This document shows positions 1 to 13,600 of a stretch of 64,000 nucleotides of DNA, piece after piece; position 1 is the first letter of the stretch; each line of letters begins with the position of its first letter. The position numbers and the translations under genes are program-made. This DNA comes from Phoronis australis (Eukaryota > Animalia > Phoronida), in NCBI GenBank assembly GCA_002633005.1, contig NMRA01000064.1, positions 249,233 through 313,232 on the forward strand. The letters run 5' to 3'. Below the pieces are notes generated by a model that was not told the DNA's origin, searched no databases, and saw only the letters and a list, made by a program, of their open reading frames with translations.

Positions 1-816
1 CATAAAATTGATAACTACCTACCTAAATGCCTACCAACAAGTTCACCTTTGAATTCTCGTTCTCTGTTGTTCTCAAATTAAAACCCACCTTCTAGTTCCT
101 GGTACTTTACTTTGAATGCTGTTGCTGGACATGGCAATTATAGAAATGGCATAAAATCTAAATGTTTTGGATTAGTCCGTCAAGTCTTAACGTCACCTAA
201 TCTGCATCAAGTGTCAAAGTCACGTGTGGTTACTGGCAGTTAGCTTAGAAAGTGTTATGGGACCAGATGATATTTTATTGACATTAATCTTGACTTTATG
301 TGACATGAGCTCCAGTATAGCTTGCTGTTTGTATTCTAACTTATGAGCTGTCTCATATCCCACCCACGGCCTCTGCACTCACTAGTGTTGTGAACCAAGA
401 ACTAATCTCATGTTGTTGTCCTTTGAGATTCACCTCACTAGTAGCTTGTTATTGAATTGTTTTTTTCTAAGAATGCTGGAATCGGGCTTTTTGATAATCA
501 TATGTTGATTAATAATTATTTCCTAAACATGAAGAAGGTTATTATTGCTGAGTTGCCATTTCCTTAAAAAAACTAGTTAAGTTATTTTGCTTTTAAAATC
601 ATATGGTTGGGTGTCTTTTCTTTAAAGAAGTATTTGTATGCTCCTAGCTATGCTAATGTATAGTAGGAACTAAACAACAATGCTGTTTGAACATCATCTA
701 TGCTAAACAAAGTACAGTGTCTGTTGTATTCATCAAAAACTTGTTAATGTGAAAACAAAAAAATCTGCAAAGGGTGACCTAATGATGTACCTTGGAGGCT
801 CACATAGCCCGCATCA

Positions 817-2100
817 TCTATTAATAAAATGCATCGTTTCCACAAACTCCGTCACCCTTGCTCCACTGCAGACCTTCGTTGCACCCGTTTCGGCACCGCC
901 TTGGTCCCAGGTATTGCAGCGGCCCCCTTTTTTGATTCAAGGTGTACTATTTTTTCTCGCGGGATGTTTTTTCGCGGACGCGGAGGGAGGGTGACCAGTT
1001 TCGTACTGGCCTTGGTGACGTCAGACGGTCGGCTCAACCGCCTTGGTGACGTCACTTCGTCGGCTTAATTTCACTCCCTCCGGTTTCTCTCGTGTATATA
1101 ATTCATGGGGCCTGTCCCGCTTAAATGAATGACACCTCATTAAGAATTACTCTTCCTTGAGTAAACTAAATTGTTTACCCAGGTGTTGGAAAATTGGCGT
1201 TCTTCAGTTATTCTGCAGCTAAAATTGTCATGCGCTCTTTAGAAGTCATTGCGCCACCTATTGACCAAATTTCCATGTTCTTCAATCAATTGTGAGGTTG
1301 AGTATATGCCATAATCGGAAGTGGTTTCATTTCATTACAAGTTTTTACTATTTTAATACCAGAAAACCCAATTTCAGAACAAACTCTTGAGAGATATCAC
1401 AAAATTTTAGGAAATGGCACGTACGTGCGCGTGTCACGAGTACGCACTGTTTTCAAAACAAGAATGGTGACAGATGTTCCTTAGTTACAAGGCGGAGAAT
1501 AACGTTAGATTTTTTTACTTCTATGAACGGCTGTAATGGGTAAGATGAATGTCAGTTCATTCCCATATTCTGCATGCACCCCTGCAGGTTGTAAGCTCAA
1601 ATTTTCACGAAAAAGTGACGAGCTGAGCACCCGGGTTGTGTGAAATTTCGGTGTCTAACGAAGCTCTACACACAGTTACCTAGCTGCAGTGAGTTTTGAC
1701 GATAGTCTTCATACAGCTAGCTGGCTTTCTACCTCAGTATGTACATTTATGATGCAACTTTTGTAACAATACATCTACATACTTTGTGTATTATACAATA
1801 TTTTAATGCATTCTTTGTTTCCACTTCAAAAGAATATCTGATTACCATACGTTATGTTACGGCAGGGTGAAATGTTGTGGAAAGAAATTTGTACTGCCTG
1901 GGAAAAGAATCCCACAGCCGCATACCTTGCCTACTAAAATCTGACAATGACAGAAATTCTGCTTGAAGCCTTGAACACCGTCTCTTCAAGAAGTATTCCC
2001 GTCTCTTACGATGAACATTCGGTTTACTCTTAGGTGTAACTATTTACCCTCGGCGTTTCCCACTAGCTGCTACCCGTGCGAAAGCACGGGTTACGGCTAG
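817..2100 (+). mobile_element. Non-autonomous Helitron, apparently full length (~1.28 kb)
   Basis: Starts A^TCTATTAATAAAA (817). Ends with hairpin ACCCGTGC-GAAA-GCACGGGT (2072-2091) followed by CTAG^T (2097-2100), i.e. inserted in an AT dinucleotide. Internal segments recur at ~42037-42700 and ~57290-57475. Confidence 0.8.
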
Positions 2101-2239
2101 TGCAGTCTTATTCCCTTACACTACGTCATGATACTGGACACGGTTGAGTGATTTAAGGTTGTTCATTTTCGATACAAAACTCGTTCTTAAAGACATTTGG
2201 CAATTTTCAACTTACTTCATGTTCACTTCTTCGCTATAT

Positions 2240-2302
2240 GTTCTTACTAATTTGACCAAGCAATCACAGAGATTAGGAATTAGCATGCAAGTTCCACTTT
2301 AA
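2240..2302. repeat. Dispersed repeat end, probable terminus of a TTAA-type DNA transposon; second copy at ~36654-36714
   Basis: ttcttactaatttgaccaagcaatcacagagattaggaattagcatgcaagttccactttaa is near-identical to 36654-36714, and both end at ttaa. Confidence 0.55.
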
Positions 2303-3738
2303 ACAGTGAGGCACAGATTTCAAAATGAGTCCTGCGCAACCTAAAACCAACCATGCTTTCTTTATCCCGAACAACAAAAACCTCCCAAGTCAGTTCTTGT
2401 TAATGTATACCACAGAGCATTTGCTGGTAATTTCTGATTCAAAATGACGATTGCTGGCAAATGTGAAGAATGAAATGGCAACTGGAGGCTATGTGTTAGA
2501 TGACATCATACTCGCAGGAGAACTGACGTCATAAACTTTCCAACTTTAGCTGTCACGGAACCTCAGAGAGGTAAAGATGTTATAGCGTAGGGCTAAGTGT
2601 TTTAGAACTAGTAATTATAGACCTTGTACATAATAAATTACTTGTATGTCTAGGATGTCTTATTTTTCCTTCTAAGACCAGAAACAATCACTCTGGAGAA
2701 GTGCTGTTCTTGTGAAAATATCAAGGAAGATATTCTGCCAAGGGTTTAAAACCATTGTCATTATGACTGTAACAGTTTCATCTGTGACATTGTTAACAGT
2801 CAATTTACTGTATGCCATTGCTCCATTGCTGCCACATAAAGAATATCAAATACCTTTCTCTACGAAATATTCTATGTGAAATACCGTACAAATGCAGTTT
2901 TTCACTTGAGATTTTCAACTTGATAATATTAATATCCTCAAGTAGTCCAAACAGGTTTCTATAGCATTTTTCCCATTGGATAATTTGGTAGCCAGATAAA
3001 GCTGATGTGTGTTTTAGAAACATAATCAGAATTTCACAATAAATACGCTTGTTTTATTGTGGTTAGTGTGGAGTACACGAAAGCATTAGTTGAACATTTT
3101 GAACTTTTTATTTTGGGATAATTAAATGCTGTACACCTTGTTGAACCTAAAATTTAAAATTGCATACTCATTTCTTAGACGATCTGCTAAATTACATTTT
3201 GCATTCACCTGATGCCAGTGAAACAGGCAAGTTTCTGACATTCATAAGATTAAAACCAGTCATTTCCCATTTGATTTAGGTTAATGAAATCATCTACCGG
3301 TGAGTGATTGAATGTGTTGATAATCTGCTGTGTAACATCTTGCTTGCACCATGTGTTTATCATGAGTGTCGATCTGGTGATGATGTCAGGAGTATGCTAC
3401 TGGGGCTGGTGGAACATTCATTTATCAATATATTGTAAAATCGCAGTAGTAGGACACAATATGGTGGTCAACTGGAATATTTTATCCTTATTTTATCATA
3501 AGCAATAAGTTGCACCAAAGTAATGATATTTCGTACTGTTTTCAAGTTTTTTACCATCGCACAAAATTTTTTGGAAATTGTGGGCATTTAGAAGTGTGTT
3601 AAAAGATTTTGAATAACGAGAAAGGGTGATTCTGGCAATCACTTTTATTACCGTATTCACCCTAATGTGTATTTTCAGAGTTCGCCCAGCCCATGAATGT
3701 GTACATGCAAAAAATGACTTCTCTGCACTCCTAAAATT

Positions 3739-4040
3739 CTACAGTAAAGTCTTCAATTTATCAACAAGATCAGCAGTCCTGAAAGTCATTGTGCACAGAA
3801 TTTCTAGACCACCAGCCTTGCTGCTGTGTCTGTATTTAGCTTTGACTATATACTTCAAACTTCTGCCGTGCTTCAAAAAGAACGCAGCAGTTTTGCTGAT
3901 CTCGCAAGGAACGTATCCCACTATGGTCTGGCCTTTCAGAACAGACACAGCGTACTTATTAACGGGATTGAATCTTTCACGCATAGTTTCCAATTCTCTC
4001 TCAACAGGATTCCAAATTTCTGTGTGCAGATGACTAGGTG
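3739..4040 (-). pseudogene. HIRAN-like domain ORF remnant, probably transposon-derived
   Basis: Translation HLHTEIWNPVERELETMRERFNPVNKYAVSVLKGQTIVGYVPCEISKTAAFFLKHG...GGLEILC fits the HIRAN pattern W-P...RE..N..D..AV.V....VG(H/Y)VP..IS....FL..G...GLEIP. Intronless and antisense, upstream of the first AP1AR exon found. Confidence 0.65.
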
Positions 4041-4968
4041 GAAAATCATATAAAAATATGGGTAAGGTATGAGAAGAGGAACTTCAACAAAATCTAATTT
4101 TAGAAAAAATCTCTTTTACTACCACGATTTGTACTGTGTGGCTCTCATAAAACAAAACCTGAACAAAAATAATTGACAAGTTTATACGTATTCGGAAAAT
4201 GCAAAACAAACAATGATTGCAATTATTAATGTAAAAAAGAAGAATTACACCGACAGGCTTGGGTGTGGTAAGGGGAACCCAGACACAATTTTTGAAGTAA
4301 AAATGTTTGTGTTCCCTCTACAAACTGTAGCTTTTTGTGTTGGCTCATTATTGAAGCTTTATCCTGGGGACCAATCAGTCGCCAGAACCGTGGAATTATT
4401 CAATGCACTGGCACGGCCTTGGTGAGGCACTGTGGTCTGTCCGAGAAGGGAACTTTTGATTTAGACTATTACCTCTATAAAGTTGATCTCAACCTGTTCT
4501 ATTCTCGGATGAGAATTGATATGTGAGTTTTCAAGGAACTGACAGTTGGTTATTCCTTAAGACCATGCTGGACACATAAAGTGACACACCATGACAAGCC
4601 AACTTGTAGAGTGCGTTCTGATGATCTCCCAGTTTCTTTGAAGTGTTGAAATCTCCAATATGTCCAAGGAACATTTTGAGAGCAATTTCCTGTCATTAGA
4701 TGGTCCAAATCAAAGGTTGTTTTTTTGTGATGGAAAGCGAGTTTATATCTCCTTAAAGTACCTCGTTACACTAATTGTTCTTGGTTGATTAATTAGTGTA
4801 CCTACCACTTAGATTATAACTTTAGAGTGTATCCATAAATTAGTCTCGTAATACTCCTGACTTGTTTTCCATTACCAGCAAGAATGTCAAAACCGACAGC
4901 GTTTCAAGAAAAGGCTTCAGGGTTTATTGTAGGCTGGTCAACCCTAAAATTGTGAATTCAAAAATAGC

Positions 4969-5197
4969 GCATTGTACACATTCGCATTGCACACATTCGA
5001 ATTGCACACATTCACATTGCACATATTCGCATTGTACAGATTCCCATTGTACACATTCACGTTGCACTTTCACATTGCACACATTCGCATTGCACACATT
5101 CGCATTGCACACACTCGCATTGCACACACTCGCATTGCACACACTCGCATTGCACACATTTGCATTGCACACATTCACATTGTACACATTCACATTG
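4969..5197. repeat. Minisatellite, 15-bp unit (cattgcacacattcg) x ~15
   Basis: Directly visible; explains the repetitive ORFs at 4862-5229. Confidence 0.95.
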
Positions 5198-5667
5198 CCT
5201 GAGTCTTGAGTTGCTGGCTCATTTGGCAATAATTCAAGATTGGGTGGGCATGGTTATGTTTTCATACTTCAAAGCCTTCCAGTTAAGAATTAACAGCTAA
5301 ATGGCATCCAAATATGCCATTAATCTGTATTTTTGTCAAGGAATTTGGCAAAATAAATTGATTTTTCTGTTCACAGCCATGTTGTGTGCTTAACTGGTGG
5401 ATAATCACTGAAGTCATTGAAATGTTAATCCGTTCGTACAAAGTCATCACTTAAGGACAGATTGTGCATTTTTTGCGTTTTATTGATTTACAAAATGGTG
5501 AAACTGATGCACTGGTATGATAAGCAACCTGTTTTTCAAATACAGTTCAATCAAAATGAGTTGACAGCTGTGGTATTGTCATTTTTTAATGTAAGATACG
5601 TAATTAATATTATGCAGGATTGAAGCGACATTTTTAAATGTACCTGTATATACCATGTACATGCATG

Positions 5668-5838
5668 TAGTTAGGCCTTAGTGCATTTGTATGTGAAGTT
5701 GAACCTTAGTTAGGCCTTAGTGTATTTGTATGTGAAGTTGAACCTTAGTTAGGCCTTAGTGTATTTGTATGTGAAGTTGAACCTTAGTTAGGCCTTAGTG
5801 TATTTGTATGTGAAGTTGAACCTTAGTTAGGCCTTAGT
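5668..5838. repeat. Minisatellite, 39-bp unit x ~4.4
   Basis: tagttaggccttagtgtatttgtatgtgaagttgaacct repeated with period 39. Confidence 0.95.
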
Positions 5839-6715
5839 ACAGTGAGTTATCAGGAGCATGTCTGAGGAACAAATTTTAAAAACATGGGAGCAATATTTGG
5901 CTTGCTATAAAATGCTGATGCGTGTTCAGTCTAATTCTAACTATTAAAGGAAAAATATTAAGAATTTATAAATGCACTGGAATGCCTTCTTTAAGACACG
6001 AACGTAACCGGTATATAGAAGGGATAGCCACATGCATCTATACTAATTAAGTAAATGATACATTGATTTAGATATTGATGTGTTAATTGGGAAATTCAAA
6101 ATTAATAGCCAAGCATGAGTGTTACAAAACAAAAGTTTATCAGACATTCGATGCAAACGACTTCTGTCATCATTTTTTCATGCAAGTACGATAACGCAAA
6201 TGAGCCAAAACAACCATTTCACGTCACTTTTAGTACACAGTAAAGAATAAGTAGTCTTGCTCAATATGGTAAAATGATGCAAACACTGAGTGTTGGTATG
6301 TGTGATATGAACAACAGACTAATAATTCTTGTTTATGATTGAGTTAATCCATCATTGGTTGGCTAGCTTATCCTACGATCTGTTTTCTGTTGATCAGGAA
6401 TATGAGGCACATGAAGCGTTGACATATAACCATGACACATTAAGATCAACATGCATTTGTCATGCTTCAGTTTCACCATCAACAGACAGTATGGATGGAA
6501 TCCTGTTCACCAATAAACATGTTGTACAGTACTCTTTCCGATTAACACCCAGAACAATTAAATTAGGAAATCGATAGCAGAGCAAAGGCGTTTGAAAATG
6601 ATATTTTTGTAATGTTGAGGGTGGGTGTTAATACCTGAGTAATCAATTCACCCCCGTAAATGTCTTCACCATTTTTGCATGTCCCTTCAGAACTATATCA
6701 CATTTCCTTCAGTAG

Positions 6716-6751
6716 GTATTGTATTGTATTGTATTGTATTGTATTGTATTG
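6716..6751. repeat. (GTATT)7 microsatellite
   Basis: Directly visible. Confidence 0.95.
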
Positions 6752-7849
6752 GCCAAATATGGCCACCAGCTACTGACACTGAATATTCTTTACTCAAGGG
6801 AGCGAGTTGAGTAGGAAGTAAGTTTAAGATCTAAATTCTCATGAACTCTAACTACTGAGTGCACACAGCTTCAAACTGGAGCCACGTGAACGTAAATTGC
6901 GTGAAATGCAAACGCCAAATTCTTAATCACGGGAAATGTAAATAGTGATTTATGCATGTTCATGCTGTGCAGAAGTGAGTAGGATGTAAGATGACCGAGT
7001 CATGATACTGTGTGCCAGTCAGTCAAGTCAGTCAGTGAACCTTCCACTCTCAACTTTGGAAAATATTGCGTGTTGAGTGCTGAGATTTCCAAATGTTGTA
7101 GCTGTTTATGACAGCTAATCAGCTCATCCTCGCTACCTCATTTGGCCAACTTTGGCATATATCCCACAGATTGAACTTTAATTATGACAATCATGGCATG
7201 CACACAGCTTCAAACAAATTAGCATCTTGTGAATATTGGTAATATAAGTTGTGATTATCAGATATGACAGTCATAGCATCAGGAAGGAAGTTGGAAAGTT
7301 TGTAACTTATGATTGCATTTTTGCGGAAAAAAAAGGTTTTTAGGGAATAGGAGTTTAGATCATTGTCCCTTTTGAAATTGATTACTGTTCTTTGTTCCCA
7401 AATGGAGTCTCTGACCAGTCGAGTGCATGAGGCCTGGACTTGCTGCCTTCCTGGCTTGGCAATTCTGTTAAAAAGGGTCGCCGTTTCAGTGAGCCTGTAC
7501 TTAGCACTAGCCAGTTATGCGTTGCAACTTTTTGTTTCCCTCTAAGACTCTTGAAATGATCTGTGTATATGTCTTGTGATATTGATGATACATGTAGGGT
7601 AATGCCACTGGTGAATAGAGTACTCCTGATGGTGCACAGACAGTTCTTAAGGATAGATACCGGTAGAATAAATGATGAAAACAAATACACAGGTATAGAT
7701 GTGCACATGGTGCATATATGCTGGTGTTGTGTAAGACTATGTAGGAGCAATGACCTGACTTTATTTCTAAAATATAAGACAATTTTCAGGTCTTAGCATG
7801 TGATCAGGTGGGTGGAAGAGGAAATGTGTTTTACTTCCATATCAAGTAG

Positions 7850-8250
7850 TTGGGGGAGAACTTCCATATCAAATATTAAAGGGAGTGTAACTTCTATATC
7901 AGATATTGGAGGGAGTGTAACTTTTGTCTCAGATATTAGAGGGAGTGTAACTTCTATATCAGATATTAGAGGGGGTGTAACTTCTATATCAGATATTAGA
8001 GGGAGTACAACTTCTATATCAGATATTAGAGGGAGTACAACTTCTATATCAGATATTAGAGGGAGTGTAACTTCTGTATCAGATATTAGAGGGAGTGTCA
8101 CTTCTGTATCAGATATTAGAGGGAGTGTAACTTCTATATCAGATACTTAAAGGGAGTGTAACTTCTATATCAGATATTAGAGGAAGTAAAACTTCCACAT
8201 CAGGTATTAGAGGGAGTTATGCCTTCCATATCAGACATTGGAGGGAGTTC
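7850..8250. repeat. Minisatellite, 30-bp unit (gagggagtgtaacttctatatcagatatta) x ~13
   Basis: Directly visible; degenerate at both edges. Confidence 0.95.
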
Positions 8251-8429
8251 TATATAAAATATCTGATCTCTTTAAACATTTAGAGAATTTAACTTGGGTA
8301 CTTTCATCCCCCATCCTGTCAAATAACTTGTTTTTATGTGAACTTTTTGCCATCGTAAAACTGATCTCAACTTGTTCCTTACTCAGATCAGATGCATTTT
8401 TTCTGTTTATGAGAAGAAATGGCATCTCC

Positions 8430-9082
8430 TTATTACTGGAGACAATGCATGAGACATAAAGTGACCTGCTGGGTCCAGCAACATAGATGATGAAGAAATG
8501 AGACAGTTAGTTGTTATTACTGGAGACAATGCATGAGACATAAAATGACCTGCAGGGTCAAGCAACATGCATAGTGAAGAAATGAGACAGTTAGTTGTTA
8601 TTACTGGAGACAATGCATGGGACATAAAGTGACCTGCTAGGTCAAGCAGCATAGAAGATGAATAAATGAGACAGTTAGTTGTTCTTACTGGAGACAATGC
8701 ATGAGACATAAAGTGACCTGCTAGGTCAAGCAACATAGATGATGAAGAAATGAGACAGTTAGTTGTTATTACTGGAGACAATGCATGAGACATAAAGTGA
8801 CCTGCAGGGTCAAGCAACATGCATAGTGAAGAAATGAGACAGTTAGTTGTTATTACTGGAGACAATGCATGGGACATAAAGTGACCTGCTAGGTCAAGCA
8901 GCATAGAAGATGAATAAATGAGACAGTTAGTTGTTCTTACTGGAGACAATGCATGAGACATAAAGTGACCTGCTAGGTCAAGCAACATAGATGATGAAGA
9001 AATGAGACAGTTAGTTGTTATTACTGGAGACAATGCATGAGACATAAAGTGACCTGCTGGGTCCAGCAACATTCATAGTGAA
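8430..9082. repeat. Minisatellite, 84-bp unit x ~7.7 with a 3-unit (252-bp) higher-order pattern
   Basis: Period 84; diagnostic variants (tagatgat / tgcatagt / tagaagatgaat) cycle A-B-C-A-B-C-A. Confidence 0.95.
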
Positions 9083-10689
9083 CTCATTTCTTTCTCTGCC
9101 CATAAATCAATTTTAACCTTAGTAAGGAATATTGTGAATCTAGCTTTATAACAATGTGTGGTCTAAGCTATTATTTGACAAAAGGTGATTTCATAGCAGC
9201 TTTTGTTTTTTGTTTTTTAATAGTCTCCAGTTTGAGGATTTGTTGGAAAAATATGAAATACGCAACTTTTTACTCAAAATGAATGATATTTCTTTATGGA
9301 ATTGCTTCGGCAAGTTTTACATTTCTACATCGCTCAGTTATCAAACTTGTTTTGAGATTAAAAAATTACCACTTTAGGATACAAGATATCAGACAACTGG
9401 AACTCGTGTTTTTGTTAAAGATAAGCAGTTCCAAATTAATCATATGCCATTTTCAAAATCTATACATCAATATCACAAGACCTTGATAATGGAAAAGGGC
9501 AGCTTGGAAATAAATTTTGTCCAAAATTGGTGTTCAGTTAGAATTTCTAAGTGTGCATAGTACTATCTGATATTCTTTATGTCCTCTACATCAGTATTAC
9601 AGGTCATGTGATTATGAGCCAATATTGTACAAAGTTACACATTAATATCTAATGAAGTAGTACAAGTTATGGGCAGGCATCATGTCATGGCGTGATCAAT
9701 GACGCTGTCTTCTTCAATTTAGTCTAATTATTTTGTCTTGTGAAGTGGCAAGCACACTGGCTGTGATTCAGTCTGGGTGTTGATGTCGAGAATAGTGGTG
9801 ATGTGTGTATCTTTATGATTGATATCACATATGTAAGCATGGTTGGCTGCAATTAAATGAAGTCCTATTAAAGTCAGCTTTTGAAATCCCATGTCTAACA
9901 AAGTACATGACCAATGCACTGAAGTATTGGAAAAGGGTTTTGTTCTAATCAGTTAGGTTTTATTCTATCAAGAGATATCACAAATAATAAACAGTTGAAG
10001 GCATTAAAATTCCAGTCACTCTCATTGTAGAGAAGTTGTGCATTGTAGGCTGCAATCTGCCCGATTAAGTTTAAAATTTAAATCGTGCTTATGCATGCTT
10101 CATATTTCCAACTAAACTCACTTTTTGAAGCAATGAAGTCGAGCTTCTGCAGCAGTACATCAAGTCTGTTATGTAGAACATCTAAAAGTTGGAAATGTTG
10201 GGTTTTGGGAGATAGCTTTTAACCACGTTGAGAGATTTCTTTTTCACATCATGGGTAGAGGTTGTATTACAATACCTGGACAGTCTGGAAAATGAGTCAA
10301 CGGTCACAATTACGGTTGAAATTCTTGTATTTAAGAAAAAAATAAGTGCTAAAATTGCCCTATTTGTATTTTTCATAGTCTTACCACAATGTTGCAAATG
10401 GTCAAAAGTTTACCATATCATGTTGTTTGATAATAGTTACGTCGTGCAAACCATGCTAAAAGCAAAATAAATTTTTCCTGAAAAGTTAATTTTGTCGAGA
10501 AATCTGACAAAATGAAATTCCACCTGTTCGCTATATTGCATCACAAAGTGATTTGTATTAAGTGATGCATTCTCCTACCTGAGACTATTCCACTATGATA
10601 AATCAACCTGATCACTACCTACCGGATAAATCAATTACAACAATACCATAAATCCAAAAGTTATCAATTTATTTCTGTGACTTTTCCAG

Positions 10690-13600
10690 GAAATACCTTC
10701 GTACCAGGTACAGTGCCGACACTGGGTTCGGTATAGAGGTAAGTGAACTGTTGAGGTAAGCCTCATATCTGCTGGTTGTGTTTGCTCATCTTGAAGCTTT
10801 AAAGATTGAAGAGTACTTGGTTCACCCGGGTGGAGCAACAGCATTCTAAATAGTGTTTATACTCTGGCTTGAGATTTGATGCAAATGTTTAGAAGACAGT
10901 ACTGCCATTTGAAGGGATTCACACAAAAAGTCTTCTTCAGTAGAAAAATACACACAGAGAGTGTTGGTTTTGCTGGTCAAAAATAACCAACTTCAGTGCA
11001 AAATACAAGAAGAACGAAGTTGTTTATTAAGTCAAAAACAACATTCAGACCACACTATAATCACTGAGAACTATAAGTATTTCTTACCTTATTTGTCGAC
11101 TCAATTTTTGTGAGGTGTAGGAAAATGAAACCAAATCATTCAACACTTACCACTGTGAAATGTCCCAAGGTAATAGTAAAAATACCTAAACAGTGCTCAA
11201 TGTAGCTTTAAAAGAATGGATAGTCTTTGTTTAATTGAGAAGGAATTGAACAGTTGTTTTTTTCGCAAAACTGTAGGTCATAGCACTGTTTGCGAAACAA
11301 CCCAGAATCACGGTAACACAAAATCTCTTATATTTTCATTTATTAAATAAAAATGAAAGTTTTATATTTAAAATGATGTTTTGTCAAAGCTTCCCAAAAA
11401 GGATATTGGTATATGTAATGTACGGTACATACGCAAAGTATTCAGACAAAATGACCCGGAGTAGTTCATCATGACGGCCCAGTGGAAGCTGAATTCATCA
11501 TCTAAGTATGCTTCCCTCATGACTGAGAATGAAGGGAATTAATGGAAAAGTTAGTAAGGTCGATAAGTTACTCTGTTATTTATGGTATATTTAGTACCAG
11601 GAGAGCCATTTTTGTAAAACAAAAATGGCTGTCCTGGCAAGGTAACACTATTTTGTCTGATAACTTTAGTTTGTACTGTGAGGTGCATCTGCACTTTGAG
11701 GTGCGTCTGTACTGTGAGGTGCGTCTGTACTGTGAGGTGCATCTGCAGGCTTCCAGTAAGCAAGAATTATTGAAAAACGGATAAAACGGGTAATAAATTG
11801 AAATCATTTGGTGCTTTTTTGACCATTAGTACTGTTATAGTGTGCAATTGTTAGTAATTTGGAAATTCTTATGGGTACTGACGATGTTCTTCACACAATG
11901 ATTCATTATATTTTTCCTTTTCAGTTTGAAAACTTAATGGATGAGGTAAGAGTGCGTAACGTCAAGAAGTCTGGTTTACCCGGGGAACTGTCACTTCATG
12001 GTTCTTTAAAGCACTGTTTGTTCATTTTTTATTCAATGAATCTCTTCTGACTTCTCTGTATTGAGTGTGACTGACTTGAATTGCAACGAGGAAATAACAT
12101 TTCATGTTTTCACTTTAATTGCATCCACATATGCATATTTTGCTTCCGATGACGAGACTGCAGTTGATGTTGGTTTTTTCGAGCATGTTTGACTACTCTG
12201 GCATGCCCTAGTGGAGATTTTGTTTCATTTTGTGTCCACGGCTGTATCTCCTTAACCTGTTGCAGGAACTTTGTGAAATTTGGCAGATGTGTGTCTATGG
12301 ACTTAATAATGTATGATGACGAGTTTCAGCCCAATCCAACGATTAATGTGCCAATGTTATTTTTTACGTTTTCCTTTCTTGTGTGTATCTTTAGAGTTCA
12401 TTGATGGATTTTCATGAAACTAGGCAAATAGGTTTCTATTAAACTGACGACAATGCCTTTCCATTTTCGGACAGATTTTACGTATGGTACACCTCCTAGT
12501 AGGGATTTTCAACAGTTTCAGGTCCATTCTTGGTGTCCGTATCTCTGTCTGCAAAACTACCTAGAGGATTGTTGTGAAAATTAGCAGATGTGTTTTTGAT
12601 GAGAAGGCCACGTCTAACGTTACTTGGACGATTTCCGCTACTTTGGCACCTCCTAATGGTGTTTTTTCTATGTACAGGTGTGTTTCCTTAACTTTTTTGG
12701 GATCTTTGTGAAATTTGGTGGACATATTCCTATGGACACATTCGACTATCACTGTGCCCCCTAGTGGTAGTTTTAGTTGTTTACGTTTTGTCTCTGTATT
12801 TTCGGAGTTCATCGATGGATTTTCGTGAAATTTGACTAATAGGTTTCTATTAAGAGGACGATAGTTTTCTATTTTTGTACATGTTTGATGTATTTTTGCA
12901 TCTCCTAGTGGCTATTTTTATTTTTCGAGTGCTTATTTGTTCCTGATAAGAAGACATTGATTTGTGGACAGATTTACCAACTGCGATGCTTCTTGGTGGC
13001 AATTTTTTGTCTTTTTTGCTTCTTCGGCTCTATCTTCTTATTCCTTTGAAGGATATTTGTGAAATTTTGCAAGAATGTATTTTATATTATAAACATGACT
13101 AAAACATTTGGATGGTTCTAACTACCGTTATACCCGCTAGTGGGAATTTTAGTTTTTACGTTTGCATCTGTATCTTCAGAGTCCTTTGATTGTTTTTATG
13201 GAAATGTGGTAAACAAGTTTCTGTTATGATGGTGATAGAATCTACCTTATTTGGGATGGATTTGACATATTCTGCGCCACCTAGTGCCCATTTTTGCCAC
13301 TTACAAACACCTCCAGTAACACACTGTTTTTGTTGCTGTTATGGGTGCATTTCAATGCTCCACCTTGTTCTTGTATCTCTTTCATTCGATTTATGTCAAA
13401 ATGTGTTAATGATTTAGTGTCACAGTCGTTATGGCAAGTCCAGCACCTTAACATAGTTGATCTTCTAATTGGACAGCAATGCTCTTAATCATTGTCATGG
13501 AAATGACAATGTACAGAACTTTCATAACAAGCAGATCTTTTCAAACTTTGATTGATGACAACCTAAAATTTGCCTACAACTTTGCATGGCCTTATTTGCT

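Noticed and set aside
4862-5229. His/Cys-rich repetitive ORFs resembling metal-binding peptides
   Set aside because: Artefacts of a 15-bp minisatellite, open in several frames on both strands, with no splice context.
8407-9072. 221-aa ORF, and a possible CRISPR-like array
   Set aside because: Head-to-tail tandem repeat without unique spacers; eukaryotic context with no cas genes; the ORF follows from the 84-bp unit.
1-10689. First coding exon of AP1AR (expected MG-x-C acylated N-terminus)
   Set aside because: No convincing ATG-GGN exon with a phase-2 donor was found by eye; it probably lies upstream of the window.
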